The notes: generated by a model not told the origin, from the letters alone. 62,974 bases of DNA, filler included, from Myxococcota bacterium (GCA_023150835.1; 9 parts of 9 records of this genome joined end to end with filler, not necessarily neighbours in it); one strand, 5' to 3'. Counted from the whole stretch's first letter, positions 53,001 to 62,774 are shown. A program made the numbers and translations.

Positions 53001-53271
53001 CATCGACGAATCCATCTGCAACAACGACTGGGCCGGCACTCTCTCCAAGATCGGAGCCATCACCTTCGGCTACCGCAAGCAATTCTTCCTCAGCCGACAA
53101 GCCGACCCCGCCACCATCGCTGTCAAAGTCAACGGACAAGTCTCCCAACAAAGCGCCACCGACGGCTGGATCTACGACCCCATCACCAACTCCATCCTCT
53201 TCAGCGAAGGCAAGATCCCTCCCCCCGGTGCCGCCGTCGAAGTCCAATACAAAGCCGTCTGCCTCCAATAA
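50083..53271 (+). CDS. probable lipoprotein with tandem Ig-like (choice-of-anchor D-like) domains and a C-terminal VWA-like domain
   Basis: Hydrophobic signal then ACTC; repeated DFG..V...I.N.G...L.I units; DILVVIDDSCSM MIDAS-like motif. Confidence 0.85.
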   Translation: MYSTKRIVLIYMAFFALLIATASTTACTCGEAPSAGVGELATNLDNNQMIFSNIQVGQPSTKEFLLYNKGQVDVRITELAIDRDQGKVFSIINKPEMPLTLKPGLNNAVSVKVQFLTQQTGDFFARVNISSDANNVDETGFFVIRLNHQILTAEPFFDCGKSLNFGTVQKGQSKTLDCAISNRGNADLTIREVVYAKEKGSDGDFKILEPSFPLTIKPEQPAVTFKIAYNPSDYPPAEDQGEFKLFTNISTENDANRSGIKVVGVTAVPLVQLVPYYGDCQDDNTCRRIDNSLTCQDDAFSGKKLCLPSTQGSTPTLLFPLTSKGKTTTRRFLIRSNGDLALEVNKVELDSNSSLDFRVDGSSITTPLKIEPKQEKLVTVEYTPSDDVADSGLVKVESNAGNLASAPIQLQASSRGCNLEVNPDPKLGIKFTGPRSQRITIYNIGNEGCVIDKIALEKGAPYSLIPTQPDGQAIAPNGLIEFLLRFDAKDKNAYPDNLVITSSDPDEPTIKLPLNGQIAGKFECELEATPSQLQFPLTPVGRSRRLSVQISNKKGYGDCIIEQAKPIVIKGTNPANHTAFTLDTQLTYPIVIPSGESRRLDINYTPPQSVPGYQGELQIPSNDGQNPLFKIALNGASGNLCLEVVPPQMDFGSSKVGCATPDRDINIFNLGASGCSTSITVSKVALGQGTSSEFQLRSVPTLPKTLASGDNIVIKARYKPTDLDVDFGTLEVENNVQGQSPLSIPLAGEGVNTSDQKDVFSQLRQPKADILVVIDDSCSMYEEQTNLTANFQSFIAWAVRLNVDYQILVTTTDTTGQAQWTPIKCNRPTGIPGCACLGTGSPTRIITQSTPNPEAAFTANASVGTTGDASEKGLEAAYKALTPPATTNANCNKDFYRPEASLSIIIVSDEKDYSPQPVNFYVTFFKNLKGFRNLDLIRLSSIVGPAPSGCRNPATGNADYAPRYIEAAKQLGGIDESICNNDWAGTLSKIGAITFGYRKQFFLSRQADPATIAVKVNGQVSQQSATDGWIYDPITNSILFSEGKIPPPGAAVEVQYKAVCLQ

Positions 53272-53935
53272 TCCCCCAACCCGACATACAGCCTCTTATC
53301 CTTCCCCCCTGCCTCTTATCCTTCCNNNNNNNNNNNNNNNNNNNNNNNNNNNNNNNNNNNNNNNNNNNNTTAATTAATTAANNNNNNNNNNNNNNNNNNN
53401 NNNNNNNNNNNNNNNNNNNNNNNNNTCCCCCGTGAACAGGGGAGGGAGCGAAAGTCGGAAGCATCGGGGATTTTGTTTTTTCATGACGCACGCTGTATGC
53501 ACCAAATGCAGACGCTGCCCGTTCCAACTTCCCCCCGTTGGCCGGGGGGATTGAGGGGGGGAGAAAAAAAAAAGGCGATCAAGACCGACTCTACGAGGTT
53601 TCCACCTTAACAAGGCGCGTATGGGGCGCTGCCCCATACCCCGCAAGGGAACTTCGTCCCCTTGACCCCGTATCGGCGAAACGATCCGTCGTACTCCAAA
53701 CCAACGACTGCCTCGCTTGAACGAGCGCGAACACGGGAATCTTTGGAGCGGCAAGATACGGCGAAAAAGAAATGAGAAAAAGTCTTTGATTTTTCGGATC
53801 AAAGAAATGATACGAAATTCGCTCGTTGTTAACGAAAAAAAGTAGGGGCAGCCCCCTGTGGCTGCCCAACTCCAGGGCGTCTACAGCGGAGCGTACCTAC
53901 CCTAAACCACACATCTCTCGGATATCGTATGATTG

Positions 53936-54007
53936 CGCTAGAGCCCAGACTCGAACTGGGAACGAACGGTTAACAGCCGAATGTGATTACCTTTTCACCA
54001 CTCTAGC
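53936..54007 (-). tRNA. tRNA-Asn(GUU), atypical, CCA not encoded
   Basis: GCTAGAG TG GTGA AAAGGTAA TCAC A TTCGG CTGTTAA CCGTT CGTT CCCAG TTCGAGT CTGGG CTCTAGC G; hand-folded cloverleaf with only 3 anticodon-stem pairs. Confidence 0.8.
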
Positions 54008-54010
54008 GGA

Positions 54011-54084
54011 TGCCCTCGGGGGGATTTGAACCCCCAACTCACCGGTTAAAAGCCGAGTATGATCAGCCGTTTCACTACGAAGGC
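54011..54084 (-). tRNA. tRNA-Lys(UUU), atypical, CCA not encoded
   Basis: GCCTTCG TA GTGA AACGGCTGA TCAT A CTCGG CTTTTAA CCGGT GAGTT GGGGG TTCAAAT CCCCC CGAGGGC A. Confidence 0.85.
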
Positions 54085-54104
54085 AAAAGGGAGAATTTTT
54101 ACGA

Positions 54105-54145
54105 AAATAAAAAAGCCGTCTGAGCGATTCACCCAGACGGCTTTT
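54105..54145 (-). terminator. intrinsic terminator / attenuator upstream of the tRNAs
   Basis: AAAAGCCGTCTGGG TGAATCG CTCAGACGGCTTTTTTATTT: long stem followed by a U-tract. Confidence 0.85.
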
Positions 54146-54347
54146 GATTCCGACATTGCGGAAGAAAGCGTACAGGCGAAGGGTCAGGTGGATGATGTTT
54201 GCTGGTCTGATTGGCGCGCATCATCTTGCGAACGATGAGGATACAAAGATTGTGACGGCGTTGGCAAACGACCAAGGTGTGGCAGTTTTGGGGATGGACG
54301 ACACCGATGGCGGGGAGGACTTGTGTTTGGTTATGTTGGCGTGTCAT
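54129..54347 (-). CDS. putative leader peptide (72 aa)
   Basis: AAAGG then ATG at 54347; ...KMMRANQTSKHHPPDPSP...KPSG*, stop codon lies in the terminator loop. Confidence 0.6.
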   Translation of the reverse strand: MTRQHNQTQVLPAIGVVHPQNCHTLVVCQRRHNLCILIVRKMMRANQTSKHHPPDPSPVRFLPQCRNQKPSG

Positions 54348-54792
54348 CGACAAAACCTTTGAAGAAAAATGCGCTGTTTCGTAATACGAAATCCGCAGGG
54401 TGTGTCACCGTAACGGTGTAGGGGCAGCCCCCTGTGGCTGCCCAAGAATCGGGCGTCTACGCGATATCTTACGATCACACATCACTCGGATATCGTATAA
54501 GTCGAAAACGGCGCGTGTGATCGATTTTGGCGTTTCTACGCAGATCGAAAAAGCGAGTTCAAAAAAAACCAAAAAAGATTTTGCCCTCGATCGCTTTCTC
54601 ACAATTGACAACAAGCTGACAAAAAACCCCGTGTTCGCAGCACTTCAAGCGACAGGGTCATCAGTGTGAAAAACGATGCTGTCTTCGCCAAACACGGGGT
54701 CAAGGGGCGACAGTCTATGGCGGCGCGTGGTACCTCGCCCCACACAAACGAACAAACAAAAACAAATCAAAAGAAGAGGAGCGAAAGAAGAA

Positions 54793-56697
54793 TTAACGTT
54801 CGAGGTAGGTATAGCTGGTGAGACCTTCGTCCAAGGCTTCGACGGCGATGGCGCGGATCTCTTCGGAGAGGTGGGCATATTCGAGTTTTTTGTGGAGGGC
54901 TTCGCGCATTTGTTTGGGATCGTAGCCGACTTCGGACAAGAGTTGGTCGGCGGTGTTGCCTTTGGTGACTTGGGTGATGCGCCAGCTACCGTCGTAGAGT
55001 TCGATATTTGCGGCGTCGGTGCTGCCGAAGAGGTTGTGGATATCGCCCAAGGTTTCTTGGTAAGCGCCGATCAGAAAGACGCCGAGGAGATAATCGCTGT
55101 TGGGGAGGGGGAGATGGACGGGAAGGGTTGAGGTGATCCCGCCTTGTTCGACGTAGTGGTCGATGCGACCGTCCGAATCGCAGGTGAGGTCTTCGAGGCG
55201 AGCGCGGCGGACGGGGGGTTCGTTGAGTCGTTCGAGCGGCATGATCGGAAAGACTTGATCGATCGCCCAGATATCGGGCATGGAGCGAAAGACGGAGAAG
55301 TTGCAAAAGTATTTGTCGGCCAAGATATCGCCCAACTCGTCCAACAGGTCGCGGTGTCCGCGATTTTTGGGTTCCAGCGAGCGGTACACTTTGCGACAGA
55401 CAGCAAAGAACAATTCGTCTAGCCAAGCGCGTTCTTCGAGCGACAGCATCCCGTGACCAAACAGCGAACGTCCTTCGCTGTGGAAGTGCTGCGCTTCGTA
55501 GTAAGCCTCGATCGGGGGGCGTTCATCGTCTTCTTCGGCGAGGACGTGCATGGTTTTGACGACGTAGTGGGCATCTTTGGGGGGAGCATCACCGCTCCAT
55601 TCGGGGGCGGTTTCGAGGGCTGTGACGTTGGTGACCAGCACAGCGTGGTGAGCGGTCAAAGCCCGCCCTGACTCGGTGATGATGTTGGGGTGCGGCAGTG
55701 AAAACTCCGAACAGACGCGCTCAAGGGCTTCGACGATATTTTCTGCGTACTGTTCTGCACCGTAGTTCATCGAAAAAAAGCTGCGTCCACGACCGCCTTC
55801 ATAGTCGACAGCGAGTCCACCACCGACGTCCATTGTGTCGATGGGTACGCCTTGTTGACGAAGCTGCACGTAATAACGCGCTGCTTCGCTGATGCCCTGC
55901 TGGATATCCCGCACATTTGATATCTGCGAACCCATGTGAAAGTGCAACAGCCGCAAACTCGACAACATCCCCGCACGACGGGCCTCTTCGGTCAGATCCA
56001 ACAACTGCCGCGCTGACAGTCCAAACTTCGCCTTTTCTCCGCCTGTATTTTGCCACTTGCCCACCCCCAGCGAAGACAAGCGCAGACGCACACCCAACAA
56101 CGGCTCGATCCCCAACAGTCGGGACTCTTCCACCACCAATTGAAACTCCGCCGACTTTTCGATCACCAAGTAGGTATTCAACCCCATCGCTCGGCCCAAC
56201 AGCGCAAGGCGGATGTATTCGCGATCTTTGTAGCCGTTGCAGACGATCGTACATCCCGGCTGCGCTGCCAACGCCAAGATCGCGATCAGCTCGGGCTTAC
56301 TGCCTGCTTCCAAACCCAGACGCTCACCGCCGCGTTTGACCAGCTCGTTGACCACGCTTGCCCGTTGATTGACTTTGACGGGATACACGCAGGTATAGCG
56401 CCCTTTGTAGTTTGCGTTCTTCATCATCTTGGCGAACGCATCGTTGAGGGACGATACACGCTTGCCCAAGATGTCCGAAAAACGCATCAAGATCGGCAAC
56501 TTCAAGCCCATCCGTTGCGCTTCGGCCACCACTTCGGCCAATGGGATCCGCGCCCCTTTGTTCGCTGTCGGTAGCGCACACACGCGCCCTTGCACATCCA
56601 CATCAAAAAAACCTTCGCTCCAATGGCGCACATTATACAAACGTCGTGCAGACTCGATATCCCAATGGCTGAGCATCTTTTTCACTTTCACCTTCAT
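54793..56697 (-). CDS. speA: biosynthetic arginine decarboxylase
   Basis: VYPVKVNQ, GLEAGSKPEL, CNGYKD, HFHMGSQI, TESGRA, DLTCDSDG, GAYQETLGDIHNLFG. Confidence 0.96.
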   Translation of the reverse strand: MKVKVKKMLSHWDIESARRLYNVRHWSEGFFDVDVQGRVCALPTANKGARIPLAEVVAEAQRMGLKLPILMRFSDILGKRVSSLNDAFAKMMKNANYKGRYTCVYPVKVNQRASVVNELVKRGGERLGLEAGSKPELIAILALAAQPGCTIVCNGYKDREYIRLALLGRAMGLNTYLVIEKSAEFQLVVEESRLLGIEPLLGVRLRLSSLGVGKWQNTGGEKAKFGLSARQLLDLTEEARRAGMLSSLRLLHFHMGSQISNVRDIQQGISEAARYYVQLRQQGVPIDTMDVGGGLAVDYEGGRGRSFFSMNYGAEQYAENIVEALERVCSEFSLPHPNIITESGRALTAHHAVLVTNVTALETAPEWSGDAPPKDAHYVVKTMHVLAEEDDERPPIEAYYEAQHFHSEGRSLFGHGMLSLEERAWLDELFFAVCRKVYRSLEPKNRGHRDLLDELGDILADKYFCNFSVFRSMPDIWAIDQVFPIMPLERLNEPPVRRARLEDLTCDSDGRIDHYVEQGGITSTLPVHLPLPNSDYLLGVFLIGAYQETLGDIHNLFGSTDAANIELYDGSWRITQVTKGNTADQLLSEVGYDPKQMREALHKKLEYAHLSEEIRAIAVEALDEGLTSYTYLER

Positions 56698-57239
56698 TCA
56701 CGCAAAAAGAATCATTCAACAACAAACTGACACATCCGATCGCTTTTGTGGGGTTCCACCCCACACCCCGCAAGGGAGCACCGCCCCCTTGACCCCGTGT
56801 TGATCGCTTGACCCTCCGCATCTCAAACCTACGGATATCCCAGCACGGGCGGTTGCGAACACGGCTTTTTTTCTCAACGAGTGACTCCTGCAAACGAAAG
56901 AAATATCCTTACCATCACGACAAACCACCCCTCTCCCCCACCTTCCGCGCGACACTCTTAAAAGAACCGCCCCCCCCTGTCAAGCGAAACTCGCGCCCCC
57001 TTCTGCCGTCTCGCCCAAATCCGCCTTCCATCACACTTTCGCGCCTCGCCCGCTTTCGCCTTCCATCACACTTCCGCTCCTCGCCCAAAGCCCCTGATCG
57101 TGCTGCCCCTACCCAAAAAAAAGCCTCTGTGCAATATAAGAGCGGCCAGAAGCTCCCCTCCGTGTGTTGGGGATGTTTGCTCTCCGCAAAAACCAAACGA
57201 GTCAACGCGCAACAAAGTGTCCAGCGCAAGAGGTGTTTG

Positions 57240-58219
57240 ATGGACTGGAGCGAAGGATTGCTGTTTGAAAGATACGAATTTCTCCAGCGCCTTGGTGAAG
57301 GCGGGCAGGCAGAAGTTTGGGAAGTCAAACTGCGCGGCGTTGGTGGCTTCACAAAGCATATCGCGCTCAAAGTCCTACGCAACAACACAGAACAACGCCA
57401 CGAAGCACAACAACGCCTCATCTCCGAAGCACGGATCGTCTCTGAGATGCACCATCCCCATATCGTCGAGATCTACGATGTCGGAGGCACCGAACACAGC
57501 GTCTACATCGCCATGGAACTCGTGCGCGGCATCGATCTCGATTCGCTGCTCCAAATACACCTCCAAAAAAGACAAAAACCCCTCCCTTGGCCTTTGGCCT
57601 CTCAACTGATCGCTGATACTTGCAAAGGACTCCATCACGCCCATCAATTCGCCAGCAAAGAACACAAGCCCTTCTCTCTCGTCCACCGCGATCTCAAACT
57701 CAAAAACCTCATCCTCGATCAAAACGGCTTCATCAAGATCATCGACTTTGGCATCGCACGCGTCAGAGATATCTCCCCCACCACCCACAGCGCCAAACTA
57801 CGCGGTACACCCGCCTTTATGTCGCCCGAACAGATCCGCAACGAATCCATCGATCATCGCTCCGACCTCTTCTCTCTCGGTGTGATCTTTTATGCCCTCC
57901 TTTGTGGATGTCTCCCCTTCGACAACAAAGATATCTTTTCCACCCTCTACCAGATCGTCTCCAAACAACCCGATCCCCCCCGTCAAAAAAACCCAAACAT
58001 CCCCCCAGAAATCGAACACATCATCCTCTCTCTTCTCGCCAAAGATCCCGCTCTACGCTTTGATTCCGCCTGCGCCGTGCAACACGCGATCCAGATCATC
58101 CTGCACAAACACCAGATACGCGTCGACTACGAAGACATCGCCCAATTCACCCGAAACCTCCAAAACCAACCCGCCACACTCACACAAGACAACCCCACTC
58201 TACCCGAACAACTCGGCAT
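57240..58219 (+). CDS. Ser/Thr protein kinase, 3'-truncated
   Basis: LGEGGQAEV, IALKVL, HRDLKLKN, DFGIAR, GTPAFMSPEQ. Confidence 0.92.
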
Positions 58220-58380
58220 NNNNNNNNNNNNNNNNNNNNNNNNNNNNNNNNNNNNNNNNNNNNTTAATTAATTAANNNNNNNNNNNNNNNNNNNNNNNNN
58301 NNNNNNNNNNNNNNNNNNNTCCGACACGTAGGGGCAACCATGCGCGGTTGCCCTCGCTGAGAAGTGTTGCCTCTTGGGGT

Positions 58381-58458
58381 GAGGGGAATCACAAGACGTC
58401 CATTCCTTCGATGTTTCTGTGTACACATCCAAAAGATCTCACTGTTTTAGACACCCTC
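58381..58458. repeat. Repeat family E: ~80-bp MITE-like unit with GAGGG...CCCTC ends
   Basis: 58381-58432 is the reverse complement of 16195-16247 (CAGAAACATCG.AGGAATGG.ACGTCTTGTGAT); both abut a family C element. Confidence 0.7.
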
Positions 58459-58658
58459 TGATACGAAATCCGCCCGTTGTGTGATCGTAAAAATGTAGGG
58501 GCAGCCCCCCGTGGCTGCCCAAACACAGGGCGGTTCGCGAACCGCCCCTACATGATGCGATCACACATCTCGCGGATATCGTATGATTTGTTTGTGTGCA
58601 AGAGCACAAGGAGGCCACACCATCTCCATTTGCAGCCCCCTACGATCTCTGCCACCTG

Positions 58659-60725
58659 CTACAGCACATCGGCTTTTGCGACAAAGTACCAGCCCACCCC
58701 ATCTAGTCGATAAAAAGCGTACAGTTGTTTGCGCGAGGCGCGGACTTCTTCAAACATCCCCGAGCTACCCGTCCCCATCGCTTGCAATACGCTAGGCTGC
58801 GAAAAATAAGCTGTCGGTGATGCGGGGGAAGGTGTGGTTGTTGCGGAAACCCACAAGATGATCCGCCCGTTCGGTTCGAGAAGATAGCTTTCTCGAACTC
58901 CCATCGTTTTGGGCAAACGCAGTTGTGTTGGGGTGATCTGCGTTCTTGCGAATTGCAAGCGCAGTGCGGCATCCACCGACAAGAGGCGGTTTTCGATGAC
59001 GTTGGATTGGAGGGCTGTTGCCGTCAAAAGCTGGCTGATCTGCCCTTCTCGTTGGCGCGCATATTCGAGGGCTTGATAGCGTTGGACTTGCCCCAAGATG
59101 ATCAGGCCCGTCGTGAGCAGCGAAAAGCTCAACAACACGATCAGCGTCATCTGCCGATGTTTGAGCAGATACCGTCCGATCTGTTGCAGCGGATTATCGG
59201 GGCGCGCCAACAAGGCTTCACCGCGCAGATAACACCGCAGATCTTCGGCCAACGCTTCCACCGATGCGTATCGATCTTCGCGATCCAGATGTGTGGCTTT
59301 TTCGACGATCGCCTTGAGCGACGATGGGATGGGTTCAGCCCGCAAGTGCTCCATCGGTGCGATGTGGCCTCGCATCGCTTTCGCTAATATCTCCGCCGCC
59401 ACATACCCCGTGATCGCAGGGCGCAAGGTGATCAACTCAAACAAGATCAGGCCCAACGCATACAGATCGCTTCGTCCGTCCAACATCGGATGCAAACCTG
59501 CCGCTTGTTCGGGCGACATATACGGCGGCGTTCCCAAGATCTGACCTGCCAACGTCTCTTCGATGCTCGGTTCGCTCGTATCTTTGGGCGTGATGATCGA
59601 GTGTTCTCGCTCCTCCCGTTGCATCAGCCGCGCAAGTCCCCAATCCATCACATACACTTGGTTGTATCGACCGATCATCACATTCGCGGGCTTCAGATCG
59701 CGGTGGATCACGCCCTTGCTGTGGGCATACGCGACCGCATCGCACACCTTAATAAAATGCTCGATCCGCGTCTCCAACGACATCTCCCTTGGTAAGGGCT
59801 TTTTGTCTTCGTAGTGTTGGACGACTTCACGCAACAATTGCTGGAGTGTCCGTCCTTGCACCAGCTTCATCGCGTAAGCTGGCTGCCCTTCTTTGGTGTA
59901 TTCAAGGCTGTACAGCGGAACGATGTTGGGATGATCGAGCTGCGCCGTCACTTGGGCCTCGCGCAAAAAGCGGTGTCGGATCACATCTTTGGACTCGCTC
60001 ACATCGTGAAGCTGTTTGAGCGCCACTTTGCGATGCAGACTTTCATCACGCGCCAAAGAAACCACACCCACCCCGCCCCGACCGATCGCCCCCAACACAC
60101 GATAACGCCCCACCATCGAAGGATCTGTGGAATGTTCCCACGTATCCCGATAACGCCCTTGCGATCGGGGTTTTGAAGCAATGCCTGCTTTCTCTTGCTG
60201 CGACAACGATATCGCGGCGATCTCTTCTTCGGTTCGGATCTCCGCCTCCACCGCAGCGATCAGATGATCCGCATGAAAACGCCCTCCGTACGGCGAACCT
60301 TTGAGACCGTGTGTGTCCAGCGTTTCTTCGTCTGGCGAATGCCCTTCCTCTTCCCAAGAAGCACGCTGCTTGGTCTCGATGTCCGTTTCCTCTCGGTCGA
60401 TCTCCATCACCACACGCCGCGTCCCTTCCGGCTTTTCGTCCGTCTCTTCGGGATAATCGTGAACGGGCAACCGCGTAAACTCCACCAACATCTGATCCGC
60501 TGCATAAGGATCTTCGTCGGCTCCTCCCTCCAAAAAAACCTCGATCCGTTCGTTTCCGTGTATATCGCGAAACAACGACTCCGAGATCCGTCCCGTTCGC
60601 CAAAGCTCCGTCACAAAGTCATCCAACCGCCGAGCCCCGTGGCGTGCGCAATAATCCGCGTACAACCGCTCCACAGACTCCCCCAGTTCTCCCGACAACA
60701 GCACGCGCAGCGGCTCCCACTCCAT
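58659..60725 (-). CDS. Ser/Thr protein kinase with acidic N-terminal extension, TM and short C-terminal domain
   Basis: GRGGVGVV, VALKQL, HRDLKPAN, DWGLAR, GTPPYMSPEQ. Confidence 0.92.
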   Translation of the reverse strand: MEWEPLRVLLSGELGESVERLYADYCARHGARRLDDFVTELWRTGRISESLFRDIHGNERIEVFLEGGADEDPYAADQMLVEFTRLPVHDYPEETDEKPEGTRRVVMEIDREETDIETKQRASWEEEGHSPDEETLDTHGLKGSPYGGRFHADHLIAAVEAEIRTEEEIAAISLSQQEKAGIASKPRSQGRYRDTWEHSTDPSMVGRYRVLGAIGRGGVGVVSLARDESLHRKVALKQLHDVSESKDVIRHRFLREAQVTAQLDHPNIVPLYSLEYTKEGQPAYAMKLVQGRTLQQLLREVVQHYEDKKPLPREMSLETRIEHFIKVCDAVAYAHSKGVIHRDLKPANVMIGRYNQVYVMDWGLARLMQREEREHSIITPKDTSEPSIEETLAGQILGTPPYMSPEQAAGLHPMLDGRSDLYALGLILFELITLRPAITGYVAAEILAKAMRGHIAPMEHLRAEPIPSSLKAIVEKATHLDREDRYASVEALAEDLRCYLRGEALLARPDNPLQQIGRYLLKHRQMTLIVLLSFSLLTTGLIILGQVQRYQALEYARQREGQISQLLTATALQSNVIENRLLSVDAALRLQFARTQITPTQLRLPKTMGVRESYLLEPNGRIILWVSATTTPSPASPTAYFSQPSVLQAMGTGSSGMFEEVRASRKQLYAFYRLDGVGWYFVAKADVL

Positions 60726-61223
60726 GACTCTCCCTTTCGCCTTTCTTCTTTGCTTCACAACACCCCAAACGCACCCATCCTACAAAGACTTTCGCAAAGA
60801 GCAAGAGCCACATCCGACGGCTTTTGGTCGCACAAGGGCCGCATTCATGCAACATCCAACCCTTGCGTGATCGAAAAAGTAGGGGCAGCCCCCCTGTGAC
60901 GAACACTCGGACGCATCCTCTGTCAAGCCCAAAGGGCAGGGGTATCAGACATCGTACCCGCGTCGGAGCAGACGGAAAAAAGCTGATCCGCTGCTCCATG
61001 CAGCTAAATCGCGGCTCCATTCCGATCCTTCTGTGCTCTCCCCTCGCCTTGCAGCGAGGCTTTGCGAGCGTCGCAGGGAGAGGGGAGGCCCGAAGGGCAG
61101 GGGTGAGGGTTGAATCCCGACGGGGCGAGGGGGACACCATGCGTACCGATGTTTAATCAAAGAGTTTCGAGGGAGACGAGAGAGCAAAGAGTTTCGGGGG
61201 ATAGTAGCGAGGTTCGGGGGGGA

Positions 61224-61910
61224 TTAGAACGAGAAGCTCATCAAGGGGGCGCTGCCGACAGTGGGGAAACCACGAATCATCGAGCGGGACTGGGCATCGA
61301 TCATCATCCCTTCATCTCGGAAATGACGGCGACGGTGCATCACCCGCACTCCACGTCGGCGATTCAACACATGCAACACCACCGTAATGATCGGTACGAT
61401 GTAGCCAATCCCCATCAACACACCACCGAGCGCGTACATAATCGCCCCCACTCCCGCAAGCGTATAGTTGGAGATCACCAACACCCAACCTATCAGCATC
61501 AGGGCCAAGCCACCGCCCCAACCGATCGCGCCCACCAAGCCACCCACAAAGTCACCAACCACCCAACTACCGATCGCAAAAGGCAGGAAGATATTGAGCA
61601 ACAAGCCCAAGACGAGATCCATCCCGCCACCGCCGCCACCCACAACCACTACATCACAAGGCTTTTTGCTTTCGTTGTCGCACAACAACCAGCCTGATCG
61701 ATCTTGCTTCTTCTTTTGCACACTCAACGCTTCACGCACCAACGCACGATCCGAATCATCGGAAACCAACGTTGTATCCGTCAATTTTGGAAGTTTTCCA
61801 GAATACGCAAAGCCTTCTTTTTGGCCTTGTGCGGCATGCGCTTGGGGCGCTCCAAGCACCGACCACAACAACACACCACACAACGCGATACACCATCGAA
61901 ACATGAGCAT
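61224..61910 (-). CDS. hypothetical membrane protein
   Basis: Signal peptide ending AHA; several Gly-rich hydrophobic segments. Confidence 0.7.
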   Translation of the reverse strand: MLMFRWCIALCGVLLWSVLGAPQAHAAQGQKEGFAYSGKLPKLTDTTLVSDDSDRALVREALSVQKKKQDRSGWLLCDNESKKPCDVVVVGGGGGGMDLVLGLLLNIFLPFAIGSWVVGDFVGGLVGAIGWGGGLALMLIGWVLVISNYTLAGVGAIMYALGGVLMGIGYIVPIITVVLHVLNRRRGVRVMHRRRHFRDEGMMIDAQSRSMIRGFPTVGSAPLMSFSF

Positions 61911-62171
61911 TTCCTCCTTCCGTATAACACGGTGAAGTGACAAGAGACGCGGGCTTCGGAAGATCTGTACACCCTTGCGGGGGGTGATATCTTGTAGCGA
62001 TCAAGAATCCATCAAGAGACCTTGGACGGCATGACAGCGCAGAGATTCAAACGAATCCAATGTGTTGCTTGAAGACCGACACGACCGTCCCGTTGACGGG
62101 CATCTTGGGGCACCAAAACGATCGCAAGCATAGCCAAACAATCCACCCCGCGCAAGATACCGCCCACAATT

Positions 62172-62774
62172 TTACACCGCAGGCAAAAACAACTGAAACG
62201 TCGTTTCCAACGCTGCGCTCGCTTCGAGGTTTTGCAACGGCGACAGCGCAAGCCAACGCGCCCTCACAAAATTAATCACACCGATATCGCGGCAATCTTC
62301 GTCCTCTTGGGCTGCGTGTGCGATCGCCATCACCACTGTCTTGAGTGTATTGGCTCGAATCCGCGTTGTATGTGGGCTGTATCGTGCGGGATGGACATGC
62401 GCAAAACGCTCTTCATCCCCAACAAAAAACACCCACACCGATCGATCCGCTTCCAACTCCACCGTCCGATAAGTCCCCTCTTGCGCGATCCATGCTTTGC
62501 ACCTCTCCGCATCTTCCACACCTTCAGACAACAGATGCCCCTTCAACATCGAACAGACGGCCTCCAACGACAGCGGCCCATGATAAAAGTCCATCAGCCC
62601 TTGTCCTAGCGGCACCAACGCCTCCGCCATCTTGTCCAATCCCTCCTCCCCCAACGATACAGCCTGTTCTATCAACCCCCGCAACGCCTCGATATGATGC
62701 TTTTGCGCGTTCAATAACAACGGCAACGGCACGATCGGCTGCACAAAATACACTTCTTTGCTGGATATCTCCAT
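62172..62774 (-). CDS. hypothetical protein
   Basis: 200-aa ORF with HVHPARYSPHT motif and coding-like composition. Confidence 0.65.
   Translation of the reverse strand: MEISSKEVYFVQPIVPLPLLLNAQKHHIEALRGLIEQAVSLGEEGLDKMAEALVPLGQGLMDFYHGPLSLEAVCSMLKGHLLSEGVEDAERCKAWIAQEGTYRTVELEADRSVWVFFVGDEERFAHVHPARYSPHTTRIRANTLKTVVMAIAHAAQEDEDCRDIGVINFVRARWLALSPLQNLEASAALETTFQLFLPAV

Noticed and set aside
49864-53268. 1134-aa antisense ORF (also 28390-30198, 48545-49771, 944-2155, 44321-45931)
   Set aside because: Shadows of real genes on the opposite strand, produced by codon bias and skew; no motifs.
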